Source: the human T2T-CHM13v2.0 reference genome, Homo sapiens
NCBI RefSeq assembly: GCF_009914755.1
Contig: NC_060929.1
DNA length: 64,000 bases
Direction: 5' to 3' (one strand)
In this document: positions 1 through 14,553 of the stretch, one piece after another
Numbering within the stretch: the first letter of the stretch is position 1
Layout: each line of letters opens with the position of its first letter
Notes under the pieces: model-generated
Database searches by the model: none
Told to the model about the DNA's origin: nothing
The model's input: the letters and a program-made list of their open reading frames with translations, nothing else
Made by a program: the position numbers and the translations under genes

Positions 1-3000
1 TATTTTGAGGATAAGAGCTTAAATTTAAAGTGAAACCAGTCTTTTTTGTATTCTGTGATTTTTCTCAGTGTTTAGCAGCTTGGGTAGAGGCATGAATGAG
101 AGATTGCTGGGATTCAGCCAGAACTGAGCTGTCCCGAGTACAGCAGAGGGAGAGAGGCTGATGGGTTTGGAGGTGGTTCAGGGGACTGATTCTGATGGTA
201 GATCACAGCTCCTTAAGCTGGACAAGAGGGCAGAAAATTTAGAGGGGGCTAATGGGAGTCAGAAAGTACTGGGTCAGTAGATTGGAAGTCTCGCCAATAG
301 TAGCGGGGCAACACCATTGCACAGAAGGCCTTTATTGGAACTTATTGGCCCACAGAGATAGTGCTTTTTGAGATCTGAATAAATGAGTTTGCATACCAAG
401 TCTATAGAACAAATACTTTCTTTGGCCTGTGTGCATGCATTAAGGGGCTAGGAAGTTACAACACAAGTGGATTACATATAAAATACAAGCTTTTTAAAGA
501 GAAGTTAATCATAATGTAAATAAAACCATGTAAGAAAATGTTCTCTTTCTTTAAATTATTCAGGAAAAAGGAGCATGCCTGTCAGGTGTTCCCAGGTACT
601 TCCCTGCCCCCCTTTCCAGGACACGGTTGGAACAGACTGAGGTGAGGGTGGTTGAGTAGACCACTGCCTGGTACAGTTTGTCTGGCCAACTGGAGTGGTT
701 AAATAGGCCTGACAAGCTATCTAGGTTGTTGGTTTATCTGTTGTTTTTAGGAGTACCTTTGTGTCTCCTGAGCTTCTGCCCAGCCCCAGTGATGTCTGGC
801 TCCTTAGTCGGGGGTGTACTAGGGATAACCATAGGCAGGGAGGAGAAGTGAATTCAAAAACTTGATCCTGAGATACCAGAGGCACATCGTCCAGCTTTTT
901 ATTTTTTAATTAAATTAGTATATCTCCCTCAAACTCAGCTAAGAACTTCAAGATAGGAAACGTTTGCTCAAAGATGTATGTAGACATTTTAACTTGCTAG
1001 AATATTAGTGTAAATTCTTGCTATCCCCCTTTAATTGCTCTTAATGGAAGGCTGTTAAATCATCATAAAATTTGTGATTAAAAAGACCTATTAAAGTAGA
1101 ATTGTATTTTTTTTCCACCAGCCAATGCTAAATTATTCCCTGTGGCTCATTCTACAATGGTTTGGCCATTTCTTTTGTAAAGTAAGTTTAACAAAACACT
1201 CCATTTCCATAGGGATACAGTCTATGATTTGTTTAAAAGACCAAATTTGGGAGGATATTTTTCTAGATAATCAGCTTACATTTTTCTTTGTTTAGGTTCA
1301 TCTCATTACCTATATTCTTGATTTCTTTACTGTCCTGTAATGGGTGTTCTTGGCACCTGCTGAGTTAGGTTTACAAACTTTTTATGTATTAGGCCTTTTC
1401 TTTTTATAGACTGTGCATGAACCTAATTGCTTTTTTATTTTTCATATGCTATTATTTGTGTTATGGACTTTTTTAAAGTAGTAAATTAAAAATAGCATAT
1501 CAACGTTATTTTTTCTTTTTTCCCCTAAGTGTTCTACCCAGTACTAAAGCAGTAAATTAAAAATAGAATATCAGAATTTCTTTTTCTTTTCTCTTTCTCT
1601 CTCTTTTTATAGCAATCATGCTACTTAGTATTCTGTTCTATGGGCCAAAAACAGGACTTTACAATCTGCAGAAGCATGAGGGCTCTATCAGTATGGGTTT
1701 ATGTGTTCTACCATAGATAAAAAGCCAAATCCAAGGACTTAACTAAAAGTGAGTTTTAACCTTAAGCACTCAGAAGGAAAGTGGTAGGTAGTTGTGGGTT
1801 TTGGCTCACTGGCTCAAGATTATCAGGGATTGCATTTCCTTGATTCTTTTGGCCTTTTCCTCATAATTATAAGATGACAACTAAGCTCAAAGACCATGCC
1901 CATATTCTAGCCAAGAGGAAGGAGGAAAGGGGTGGAGAAATGAGCAAAAAGATGGGGGCCACTGCAGCCTGACCAGTCACTTTAAGGAAGCTTTTTGACT
2001 TTTCCCATCCAGTCACTTCTTCTGACATTTTGTTGGCTAGATCTGTGTCACATGCTAAGGGACCGGGTGGGGGGGCGGGGGCAGGTGTTATTGGGAAATG
2101 TTGGGGAAGAGTAGGGCAGGGTATATTATTTTCATTAGTTTTTGATATTGCTCTTTGTTATTTTTAGCTTGGCAGCTTGCCACATACCCCAAGAAAATTG
2201 GTATTCCATTAGTAAAGAAGAAGGGAAGACTGGATCTTGCATAGATGCAAAAAGACTGGTGTAATCTGGAAAACTCCCAGAAAAGGGTATATTCATTCTT
2301 GTGTATAGGTCCCTGAACAAATGTCTGTAATTTAACTCCCAAGTTATAGAAGGATTCATTTCAATGTTAGATTTGGGAGAAGGGCTAGGGTACATATGTT
2401 TTTCTTTCCCTGAACTCAGAGAACAGGTTCCAGCTTGGACCCCCTGTGTAGTCCTTACCAGCCATGTGTAGACAGCCCTAATTTCTCATCTTTCTTGCTA
2501 TTGTGTTCTGTCCCAGTAGGCTACTATTCCTACCTGTGTATTTTAGTGAACAACTTCATTGACTGTTTTTTGTTGTTGTTGCAGCCAAGAGGCCAAGCCC
2601 CTCCTCCTAACTTTCTTTATAGATATGTTTTTTATTTTATAGCCTATGAGCCATCTCCACAAGGGCCACTTTTCATACATTGTTTCTCTGAGGACTAGCT
2701 ACACATCTTATAAGTCTGTTGTCACACTCTCTAACCATTTCCCACTATTTTCCCACTAAGTACTGTGCACTTTGAAGTTTGCTCATTGAGGGTTCCTAAA
2801 TTCATGTAAAGCATCAATTACATTACTGTAGCATTTAAACAGGTGACTAAATATATTGTTATAACTGAACAAATATAAAATGGTGTTGGAAGTCTTCATT
2901 TAAAAAAATGATGTTAGCCTAGTATACTATGTCTAAACTATAGTACAGTAAGAATATATATACCTAGAAAGTCCTCATCTATCTAGACTATACCACTTGA

Positions 3001-3427
3001 AATCCAGCTGTGCTGGAGCTGGGTCAAAGTGTACAGTATGTAAAGAAAGAGAATGCTGAATAAACTAGGTAGTTGGGGGAATGTTTAAGGGGCCTGAGAG
3101 AGCAAATTGCTTTAAAGCACCGTAAACACTTTAAAAACATCAATTCATCAACACATATGGGCTGTGCTAATTGTAAATCTTTTATTAAAAACCAGTCTCC
3201 TAAGGCTGTCTGTAGGGAACATTTTATAAGCCTAGTTCTGATTACTGTTTCTTCTATAAAGTAGTAAAACAGCATTTCCATTCTATTGTTTGTATTTAAC
3301 TAAATGCCTTACCATATTATTTGAATTATTAAATCTGTTTTGGTTCGCTTGTTGTAAAACACTAATATTAAATACCGTAGTCTCCTGATCTTAGGTTTCT
3401 CTTACAGGTACGTAGCTAGTTTATAAT

Positions 3428-3826
<399 letters not shown>

Positions 3827-3924
3827 TAATTGAAGTGCATTTTTATTCAATACACAGGTAATTTAAGTGGATCAAATATGTATAATATGTGACTTTAAAG
3901 TAATTGTACCCAGTTATTTGCTGA

Positions 3925-4305
<381 letters not shown>

Positions 4306-4849
4306 GTTTTGTTGTTGTTGTTGTTGTTGTTTTAATAGAAAGATTAATGGAATGTGTTGCCTTTCTTAGTCTGAAAGTCTTTATATATTTGTAAGAATTA
4401 GTTGAGATGTTAAGATAAAATCCAAGGAAAATCAAGAATGTGTTTTAATTGAACCAATTTCAATGGCTCCCTTAAATATATCTGTGGAATAAATTAAGTT
4501 TATAAATATAATAGAAAAATATTGGGAAAGATAAAATATTCCAATAAAATTAAATAAGAAAAGAATTAAACTATGTAGCATAGTGCTATTATGCATGCAG
4601 TAAATGTCAGTAAATATTTGGGGAATGAATGAATGAATGACGCTGAAATGATACATAATTCGAACAGTAGTTTTGAAGCTAGAGACACCTAATATGAAAT
4701 GAAACATATAGTCATTAAAATTAGCTCAATGAGTTAGTTAAGAAGCAGTTTAGAGATAGCCAAAGAGAGGATTTAATGCGTGGTCCCTGGATCTGATGAA
4801 CACTACTACATATGTTGTAGTTGTAGTCAAAATACAAATCAGATTGTGT

Positions 4850-5380
4850 CATGTACAGTGAGACACCCCATCTACCACCCACCCACATAAGATCACTCAA
4901 TGACTCCCAAGTCTACAGAGAAAAGAAAAAAATCCTTCACATGATCCAGAAGCCCTTCCTAACCTCTCCAGGTTAGGTGCCCCCATTGCTTAGCTTTATT
5001 ATTTTCTGTGACCTTCCTTAAGGGTTTTTTTAATGTCATGCTTCTACTTTCCACAGGCCTTTGAACAAGCTGGAATATCCTACTCACATTATTCTCATTA
5101 GCTAATTCAACTCCCAGCTCAAGGGTCACTTCCCCAGGGAAGCTTTCCTTCACCCTACAGGTTAATAGGGGTGCTTTGTTACTAATGATCAAGGAAACTA
5201 GCTACTCCCCTTTAAGGTACTAATTCAGTTTGTAATTTCACATTCATTGCTGTGAATCAGCATTCATCTTCCCTACCCAATGGTAAACCCTGGGAGGACA
5301 GGACTATATTTGTTGGGCTAACCATTGTGTCCCCAGCATAATGCTTGTAGTTAGTAGGTGCTAAACAAATACTTCTATAT
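4850..5380 (+). mobile_element. L2 3' fragment
   Basis: Decayed L2 3' motifs ending ...tagtaggtgctaaacaaatactt. Confidence 0.65.
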
Positions 5381-5824
5381 GATTGGATTCCAGAAAAACA
5401 CAGAATGTAAGCTTTGATATTAAAATAGCTCCAAAGACTATTGATTTTCCAATTTCTTTTGTTCCCTGGTTAGTTTTTCCTTTTAGCCACATTATCAGAA
5501 ATGTATTCCTTTTTTTTTTTTTCAAATCTTCTTAAGCCAAATTATATTATTTCTTTGCACAGATTCATTATTATTTTAAATGGGCCCTTTTCGGCATTCA
5601 GCGTTTAGTGCAGGTCCTCAGATTTCTTGCAAGATACTCTATAAAGCCCTGTGAAACCATAGCAGATATCCATTTGAATTCCTTGAGTAGTGCAGTTTTT
5701 ACCAAGGCACAGGCTAGACACATCTTGCAAATGGTGTCACACACAAAAAGGGGGATGCATGGTACAATGGGTTCTTCAGAGCACATCTGATTTTTATTTT
5801 TCAGGTGGTCAGGATCCTTCTTAA

Positions 5825-6143
<319 letters not shown>

Positions 6144-6583
6144 TACTGGCTGCCTTTTTAAAAGTGTTCCTTTGCTAACCTGATTATGGCTCATTTTGTG
6201 AAATTTTGACCAGGTGCAGGGAAGTGGTAAGTAGAAGACTGAGGACTACAAAGCCTCTGTGAGCTCTTAGGTTTGGGTCCCAGAGGACAGTGACACTGCA
6301 GCCCATTTACTGCAGTGAGGAGGTATTGATTTTTCTCCCTCCTTGTTTTTAGCCGTATCTCTGAAGTAGATATGGTATGAAGCATCTTTCCTGGTGAAGA
6401 GAAGAAAAGCTTCAGTGGTGAACTTTGTCACCCCAGCAGCCGGACATTTCAAACCAAACTAGATGGAATGGAGAAAGAGCTTAAAGTGCTCTTGTAAACC
6501 TCTTGACTTAATTCAGTACCTTAGCTTTTGTGACAAAGAGGTTCTCTACAGTTTATAACAACCCTGATAGACAATGGAAAGAA

Positions 6584-6617
6584 GTGTGTGTGTGTGTATG
6601 TGTGTGTGTGTATGTGT
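6584..6617 (+). repeat. Interrupted (TG)n microsatellite
   Basis: Read directly. Confidence 0.9.
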
Positions 6618-9600
6618 TTTGAAAAGGGAATAAAAGGATCAAATCAGTGAAAACAACACAGCCCTGTGCTATGATCTTAGAAGGTTAGCAAAGTGGTCTT
6701 GTCCAAGTTTTCAACAAGATGTTCCATTCCTGTTATAATTGGCTGCTGGGTAGGTTTGGACCTAACTAGAATGCCAGCGTTCGATTTCACTGTGTTCTCA
6801 GTGGAGATGTGTCACCGTTTATGCTCGCCTTAGTGACAATTTTCTAAAATGGAAACTCGTGGGAAATCATTACAGTGTTTATATGTCTCCCTTGTCGGAC
6901 GGCGTTATCCTGTGATATTTTACCAGTGTTTTCCACTGCATGATGGCATCTCACGAAGGTTAGGGCAGAACAAGTCCCTCTGTAATTTTGTGACTACATT
7001 TTACTTACTGAAGAAGAAAAGATAACTGACAATTAAGTATTTGGGATGTCACAGAAAGAACATGTGCAACTAATCAATGGTATCCTTTGGGAACATGATT
7101 TTATAAAGCTGATAAGGTAGAAAAATTGGGATTTTGTGATTTGTGTTACATGATGATAATTGTACCTTTTCAATAAAAAGAGCATTTCTTCTGAAGTAAA
7201 CATTGAGCTTACAGGGGCTGTTGGTGGTAATGCTGTTGTTTTTCTGCCCCATGCAGGAAGTTTTTTATAAATGCTTTCATAGAGTTTACATTTTTAAAAA
7301 TTCTTCATTTAAAGTGATATTTCTGAAGAAATATCTGGTCTGCTTTAGAGAAAGTCATTTATTCTTACAAGAGTGAGTAACATTGTGTAAAGAAAAATAA
7401 TTTTTTTTTGTTTTTTACAAAATACACTCTATTGCCCAGTTTTACTGTTTATCAGAGTTGGATGTAGTAATATCGAAGTGAGTCAAATAGCCTGTCACAC
7501 ACCTGTAACAGTTCTTTCATTTAACCCCATTTCCTACGTGCACCATAATAATAACCTGATTTTTGTCTGCCTATATTCCTAAATGACAGATTGGATGGAA
7601 ATTTCTTTAGTGCATTTCTCTGTTAATTCTATACCATCTCCAATCTGCAAGTCAATTAAAGAGTCCAGGATATTTTGATGCTCTTCAGTGCCTATTCTTT
7701 TCATACTATGTCACTTTTACTACTTTTATTGCACACGCTTCAATTAGAAAATGACTCCTTCCTTGCTAGTTTTGACAGTACTTTCTTCTTCTTCCAGCAG
7801 CTTTGAAAATGCTGGATAACCAGTGGCCACCCTCCTTAACAGAACAGTTAGTTAACTTAAAAGATCATTATCCCCTTGACTTTCCACTGCCTGGTTCCAT
7901 TCTTGGTACCCATTATTGGATGACTTGTTTTTATGGAAACTATTTTGAAATCTTTTAGTTATTTTCATTGCTTGCCTCTAGCTCTTCCTAGGTTTATTCT
8001 TATTTCTCTTTTGTGGTGGCAGGGGGTGCTTGATAATATTGCCTTAAGTGGGGTGAGAGAACTGTTCAGCGCATTTGACACCATGTGGAAGGAACACTTC
8101 TTGCAGACCTACAATTTGAGACCCATGATTCTCGCACATAAACAGCTACTCTCTGTCTTGCATCTGGGTAATTAATTCTGCCTCTCACAGTATTTCACTC
8201 TGTGTGTATACCTGTAAAATTTATTGGGATTTATTTCTAGCTTTTTGTCCAAACTTGTCATATTAATTTTGAATTCTTGATGTTTTACTGCATAAATTAG
8301 TTGACAGGCCATGTGTGCCAACTTGCATCCAGGAATGGGATGAGCAGCATCAGAACTTCACCACCAGAGTCACTGGGTAATTAAGTAGATAGCACTGGGC
8401 CTGATCCCATCGCTACCCTGCAGTTCAGAATGCCCCTCTTATAACAGGGGCAGCATGGTAGTACTTCATCAGCTGTACTCTAACCCAGCAACGATAGAGT
8501 GGAAAATCATACTTTCCTTAATGTTTTGTTAATTTTGGGAGCCCTCCACACCACTGACTGCTGCATTTTAGAATAATATATAGAAGACATGGAAATCATG
8601 AATATGAATTACTCTCTAGAATCGGTGCAGCAATAGATTTTGGTGTATTAGAAAGAATCCTTTACCACAGTAGCCTCAATGCCAAACGTTTTCAACTCAG
8701 CCCAGAGCTGAAGGCATTAATGAATTCTAATAGCAAGGCAGCATACCCTCCAGTGGGATTCTAATTGACAAAGAGATAGAAAACTGAAACAAGAAGGCCA
8801 GCGTGTCCTTTGGGGAGCTGGCACACAGCACCGGCCACAGTGCATCAGGCTCCAGGCCAAAGAAAAGTGAGCCCAGCAGTGAGTGCTATTGCCCTGTCTA
8901 AGCTAAAAGCAGGTGTTCTTGGCTGGGCTGTCAGGGGTCTGCAAACCCCCTGCCACTGAAAGCACAATTATAGATGTATGTATGTTTTCCAGCAAGCAGG
9001 ATACTCAGCTTTTATCTGATACTCAAAAATATCCCTGAAATATAGAGGGCCAAGAAGCTCTGTTTGCTCGATGAACAATTATCCAAACTTCAAAATGGAT
9101 AAAATAGGTTGTTGGAAATTAATACAACAACAATACTCAAAGAAAAGAGAATTAGCATCTATCCATCGCTGATTGTGTATCAGAGATTCTTGGAGACATT
9201 TAATCCTCACAATAACCTAATTTTAAGATAGAAAGAGAAAGGATTCAAACTCAGGTCTTCCTGAAAGCCCACATACTTCCTACTCCACACTGCCTCTCTA
9301 AAGAATGAAAGCGATTAACCATTGGATATTAATAAAAAATAAAGATAAGCAATCTAAAACAATAGGGAGATAGGATTTGATATTCAAAAATTTGATTTTT
9401 TAAAACTTAGGAGCTTATTGTTGAGCAAAGTTGAGAGATTTAAACCCAACTGACATTTATTCTATAGGATGACCCAGGGTACAGCTTCAAGAAGGGGTGG
9501 TTCCTTCAGAGCAAAAGCCTTTCAAGAAACTGAAGAAGTTGTAAATGGAACAGTTGTGAGGTCCAGCCTTACTGTTCAGTTTCTCATGAATATGATCATG

Positions 9601-12000
9601 TGTGTATGAACAAAAAGATTTAATTCCTCTTTTGTATCTCTGTACCAGTTGATGACAGTCATTTGTACATAATATATTACATTAGGTAAATTCTTCTGTA
9701 TTTTACTTTGTCTCTGAAGTATTAGTTCTTTTCTCCCAAGCTTTTAAAACAGAGCTTAGGAAATATTCCTGCCCACATAACTAAATGCTTAACTAACTCT
9801 CAATGCTGCCTTCTCTAAAACTATAAATCCCAAAGTACATATTGGTCATTGTTTTATGGAAAATATTATTTGAGAATATTCGGTGAAAATTTAGCAAAGT
9901 AAATTCATGCAAATTTCTGGAGTTTTCTGTAGTGCTTTTGCCAGTATATCTTACGTAAAGCAATGTGATCATCTGTTTGGAGAACTCTGTTTGGGGAGGC
10001 TGAGCAGGATTAATTCCCGTCCCTGTGTTGCAGTGTAAATAGCTTTTTTCCTGTCTTTTGTCATTAATGATCATGCCGTAGATGTAGCCAGTGCATTGTA
10101 AGCCGATCTGTCAAGGCAAATAAACAATTCACCTTGTTAAAATTCCCTAAATCTTGCATTAATAAACCTAAGTAACCCCCTGAACACTCAAGAGATGTCT
10201 TCCTCCATACTGCGGTGATGGATGACACGTCTAAAGATCCTGGAAATTAAGTAGTTCAGGTCATTAAAAGTGTCCCACACTTGTTATTGATTTAATTTAT
10301 TTTAAGAAGGTGGGGGTGGAGATAAGAATGTTATACCCTCCCCTCTTTTTTAAAATCTGAAAGCAACCACTTGTACAGATAATTAAAACTATTGCCTGGG
10401 GTAACAAGTCTGCATGTGTTACAACATTAGGCTTTATTATTCAAATAAGTATTGTATCATCCTCTTAAACAGATATCTAGAAAAAAAAACAATCATTGAA
10501 ACATGTGTCATAGCCAAAATACCTCGGAGTTTTATATGTGTGATGACGCCTAGAACTTTTTGAGTTACAGGCACTGAAATAATGACCTCTGGGCACCTAA
10601 AAAATGTCCTTGAATAGGTAAAAACTGAGATGAAAGTGAAATGATTTAAGGAAATTTAATTGAAATAGTAATGAAATTATGCCTCTGGATAAAGGAGGTT
10701 TTTTTTTTCTTTTTATTTTCTGAACTTTTTATTTTTCTATTTTTATAACCAGGAGAAAGTAAACACATACACACACATGGATGGAGAGAGGGACAGAGGG
10801 ATGGACGGATGAATGCATTGGTAGATGGGAAAACGCTTAGAGAGTGATACGCTATTTCGATTCTATCTCACTATATTCTAAGGCAAGTTTAAGTTGTTGT
10901 TTAGTGTGTGTGTTTACTTGTTCATTGCTAGCTTTCTTCAGCCCATGCTCCACTGGACCTGTAAGATTTATCATCATGTCCCAGTGCCTAACATAATAGA
11001 TGCCCAGGAAATTATTACTTAGTGAATAAAGTATAACACCCCAATTTTTTCTTCTATCTTTTATTCCTTAAGCTTCCATGGGAATGGTGAGCTGTGTAAA
11101 GAACCGTAGCAGCCCCCAGTGGAAGTGGCTCTTTAGATGACCCCTCTCCAGGGACTGAACACCAGGAGGGTTCTGCTCTAGTGTGGGACAGAGGGCAGCC
11201 TAGGAGGACTGGCAACCTGTATAGTTACCCACTTCATTTGTATGACCTGAACTGGGTAACAGTATTACAAAACCTGATGAGGAATTGGGGCCACTCAGTA
11301 TGTGAACCATGGCTAAGAACAAGATGTGATATAGAACTATGTATCTACAAGGTACATAATTTCACCTCACTTTTGTTACTTGTTATGTATCTTATGCACC
11401 ACCCTTACACAGTATTCCTGATCAGTTGTGTGAGTGATATTTCACCACTGATTCTCATAGTTCTTTAAACAACATGTACTTACTGGACAAAATTTACCCA
11501 TGATAAGTTATGAAAAATGACCCTTAAGAATAGTTGTATTGAAGTCAGAGATTATGATAAAACCTTTGATGCTTTTCTCCTGTGGTCTTTTAGAAGAGGG
11601 GGAGGGGGAGGGGGAGGTGGCAAACTTATATTCAGTTCACACACTCTGGTAGACTTTAAAAATACATAGATAAGAAGATACATACTTCTTTGTCAGATTT
11701 CTCCTTGACATTGCATAATCTGGATCTCTGATTACTGACATGGTTATGCCATCATGCCAGCTATGTAGCAGAGCTCACTAAATGGAAGAACTCTATAGAT
11801 TTTTTTTTCAGCATGTACACTGATTTACACTTAGCAGTAAAGTTGTTACTGACCCTTTAAGTGGAGCTGTCCAAATGGCAATAAATGTCAGTTGATTCTA
11901 ATGCCAAAACAGGTGATAGTTGAGGGTTCTTGACTAAATCTTCCAGTTAAAAAATAATTTATCATATTTCCTAAATAGTAGTGGTCTCCTGTGGGGAGAT

Positions 12001-12027
<27 letters not shown>
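12001..12027 (+). repeat. (AC)13 microsatellite
   Basis: Read directly. Confidence 0.95.
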
Positions 12028-12031
<4 letters not shown>

Positions 12032-12460
12032 TACATAATGTATATCAGACCACTTTATCACTCAGTAAAGAAAATTTGATATACATATCTTAACAGTATT
12101 ATTGATGTTGCCAGGTTTTGAAATATTCACTCTGGATTAGAATCTCCATGAAGGCAAGAACCATTTCTACCTGGCTCCCCACTGTCTTGTCCCCTAGTCA
12201 GCATCTAGTGTATAGTAGGTGCTCTATAAATGCCAGTTGAATGAAAGAACAGATAAACTGCAGGATTTGCCGGCAATCCCTAGCATGTGTGTCAGCCCGA
12301 ATTCCTGGTGGGCAAAACAGAGACCACTCCTCATCTTGACTGTGAGGAATGTTGCTGGTAAGAACTTTGATGGACGGTTATGACTTTTTGAAATAGTTCA
12401 TTTGATTGATCACCTAGCAAACTTCACTTCAGTTTCGAATTCTGTTTTCTGCTTTCACAG

Positions 12461-12555
12461 GCTGTCATTTTAGAAAATGAAGAACTTCCCAAACTGTTTC
12501 TTGATTTCCTAAATGTGCGACACTTGCCCTCTCTACCAAAGGCAGAAAGTTGTGG
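12461..12555 (+). CDS. SNX24: SNX24 internal coding exon (probably exon 4; end of PX domain)
   Basis: Acceptor ttctgctttcacAG|GCT and donor TGTGG|gtaag. 95 nt translating AVILENEELPKLFLDFLNVRHLPSLPKAESCG, which matches the SNX24 sequence as I recall it. Upstream exons lie outside the window. Confidence 0.95.
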
Positions 12556-13953
12556 GTAAGAATCATGTTTGCATATTGGATGTGTATTTTAAATTACTCT
12601 TCAATGACCAATTGATCTAACAAATAGCCCAGAGTGATGCCCGAGTAGCCTGCCGGCCACGCCCACTCTTTTGGCTTGCTGCAGCACTCGCTCGCCCCCT
12701 GCTTTTGGTTAAAAGAATTCCTCTGAGTCCTTATGCCCATCTTGCGGCCAAATGGCCATGGTTCGGTAACCCATGTTTAGACTCAAGGAATCAATCTTTT
12801 CAATTACACTGTTACATAGAATGATGTTACTTGATGGGAATTATGAATCTAATTAACTTGTTATGGGCTCATTTATTAGTGGAAACTCAAACAAAATTCA
12901 TATCCTGGTGGTACACATTCATATAATTTTAAAGTTATGAATGATCTTAGAGATGATTTGATGCAACTCCTCTCATTTTGTAGTTGAGCAAACAGAGACA
13001 CAGGAATTTAATGACTTTCCCAAGATCTCTTGCCTTGTAGCTTGCAGAACCGAGGCCTTCCAAGGCAAGCCCTCTTCCTCTACTGTCCAGCTGCCTCTCT
13101 CAGGAACTTCCAGTGGCAGGACTACAAATCCTAATCCCTATCTATTGGTCTAAACCCATTGGTCCTAACCCAAGGACCCAGAGGTTTGATATCATCAGCA
13201 ATTAGGAAAAGCTCTCCCGAAGAATTAACTCTGAAATAAGCCACTGGCCCAGCAACAGCACATGACATGGGCTGAGCTAGCCTCAGAAGGCCTTCAGGAA
13301 CATCCATGGCATACTGTATCCATTTACAGGGGAAAAAATCATCACAAACTCTCTGAAAATCCATGCAGGAGAGAGGTTTACCCATTTTCTTGCTGCCTGA
13401 AGGAACCACACTTAACTACAAGAAAATCAAGCAGGCCACACCCAAAGTCATGTTAAACCCCAGCCATCTGCTGGATGATGGGGCTGCAAACACCTGTCAC
13501 AGCTCCTCATGAGCACTGTTTACTCAGAGCCACTTTCCACTTATTGCATAACAAAAATTATACACTTGGCAAATACTGTGTTGTCAGTGTGTTCTGTTCC
13601 AACTTGTATGTATTTACGGGCAGGTTAGGCTTCATATATGTTTATGTATTTTTTAGAATAGACATTAGCAATGGCAGTGAGCGAAATGTTTTCTCCATTA
13701 TACAAGCCCAAAAGTAGTAATAAAACCTGAGGATTTTTAAGTAATCTTAAGAGAAATCAAAGAATATTCCAGTCTTCAGATTCCTTAGAATGGGGCATAG
13801 CCATGCTGTGGCTCAGTGGAAACTCACAGCTCTTTTAAAAAATAACTACCAATTCAGTCATCTAATAATATTGGGTATTTTTTCCTTTGTTGGCATAAAC
13901 ATTGACTCAACATATGTGGTTTTTTTGTTTTTTTCCTTTTTCAAAACTTTTAG

Positions 13954-13986
13954 ATCTTTTGATGAAACAGAGTCTGAAGAGTCAAG
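13954..13986 (+). CDS. SNX24: SNX24 33-nt coding exon (probably exon 5)
   Basis: U-rich acceptor aaacttttAG|ATCT and donor TCAAG|gtaagg. Phase 2-2, encodes (G)SFDETESEES(S), in frame with both neighbours. Confidence 0.93.
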
Positions 13987-14488
13987 GTAAGGACTAATCC
14001 TCATCAGCCAGGAATAGGATTATGGTTTTGCTAAATGTTTAATCACCTACGATGTGTTTCAAGTTATGTTTTTCTTAAGAACCTTTGTTTGGAAATTGGT
14101 TTTAAGATTATAAATATTTGATAGGGAATTACAGGAGTAACCAGTTAGAATTAAGAGTGGAGGAATAAGAGCCCTACATTGTTTCATGCAAGTAATCAGA
14201 ATGTTTTATCAACAATCGTATTACAAGATTTTTAGGAAATCACGTTTCAGCAATGATTTATTGTATAGATTGTATATTTGCTTCAAATTCCACAAAGAAA
14301 TGTTTAGAAGATGAGAGCAGTGCCCATTTGTTCACTCTTACTCTGCGTGCTATTATTCACCCACACTGTTAGAACATAAACCTTGAGACGTCCCCGCACA
14401 GCAGTTTGATCCCCTCAAAGCTAGTTTGTAGTGTTTTCTGTTTACCATCGTCCCCTGATGCTGACATGCCTGTTCTTGACCTTTCCAG

Positions 14489-14553
14489 CAAACTGTCCCA
14501 CCAGCCTGTGCTGCTGTTCCTCAGGGATCCATATGTCTTGCCTGCAGCCAGCG
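14489..14553 (+). CDS. SNX24: SNX24 coding exon (probably exon 6)
   Basis: Acceptor ctttccAG|CAAA and donor AGCG|gtaatc. 65 nt encoding (S)KLSHQPVLLFLRDPYVLPAAS. Confidence 0.93.
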
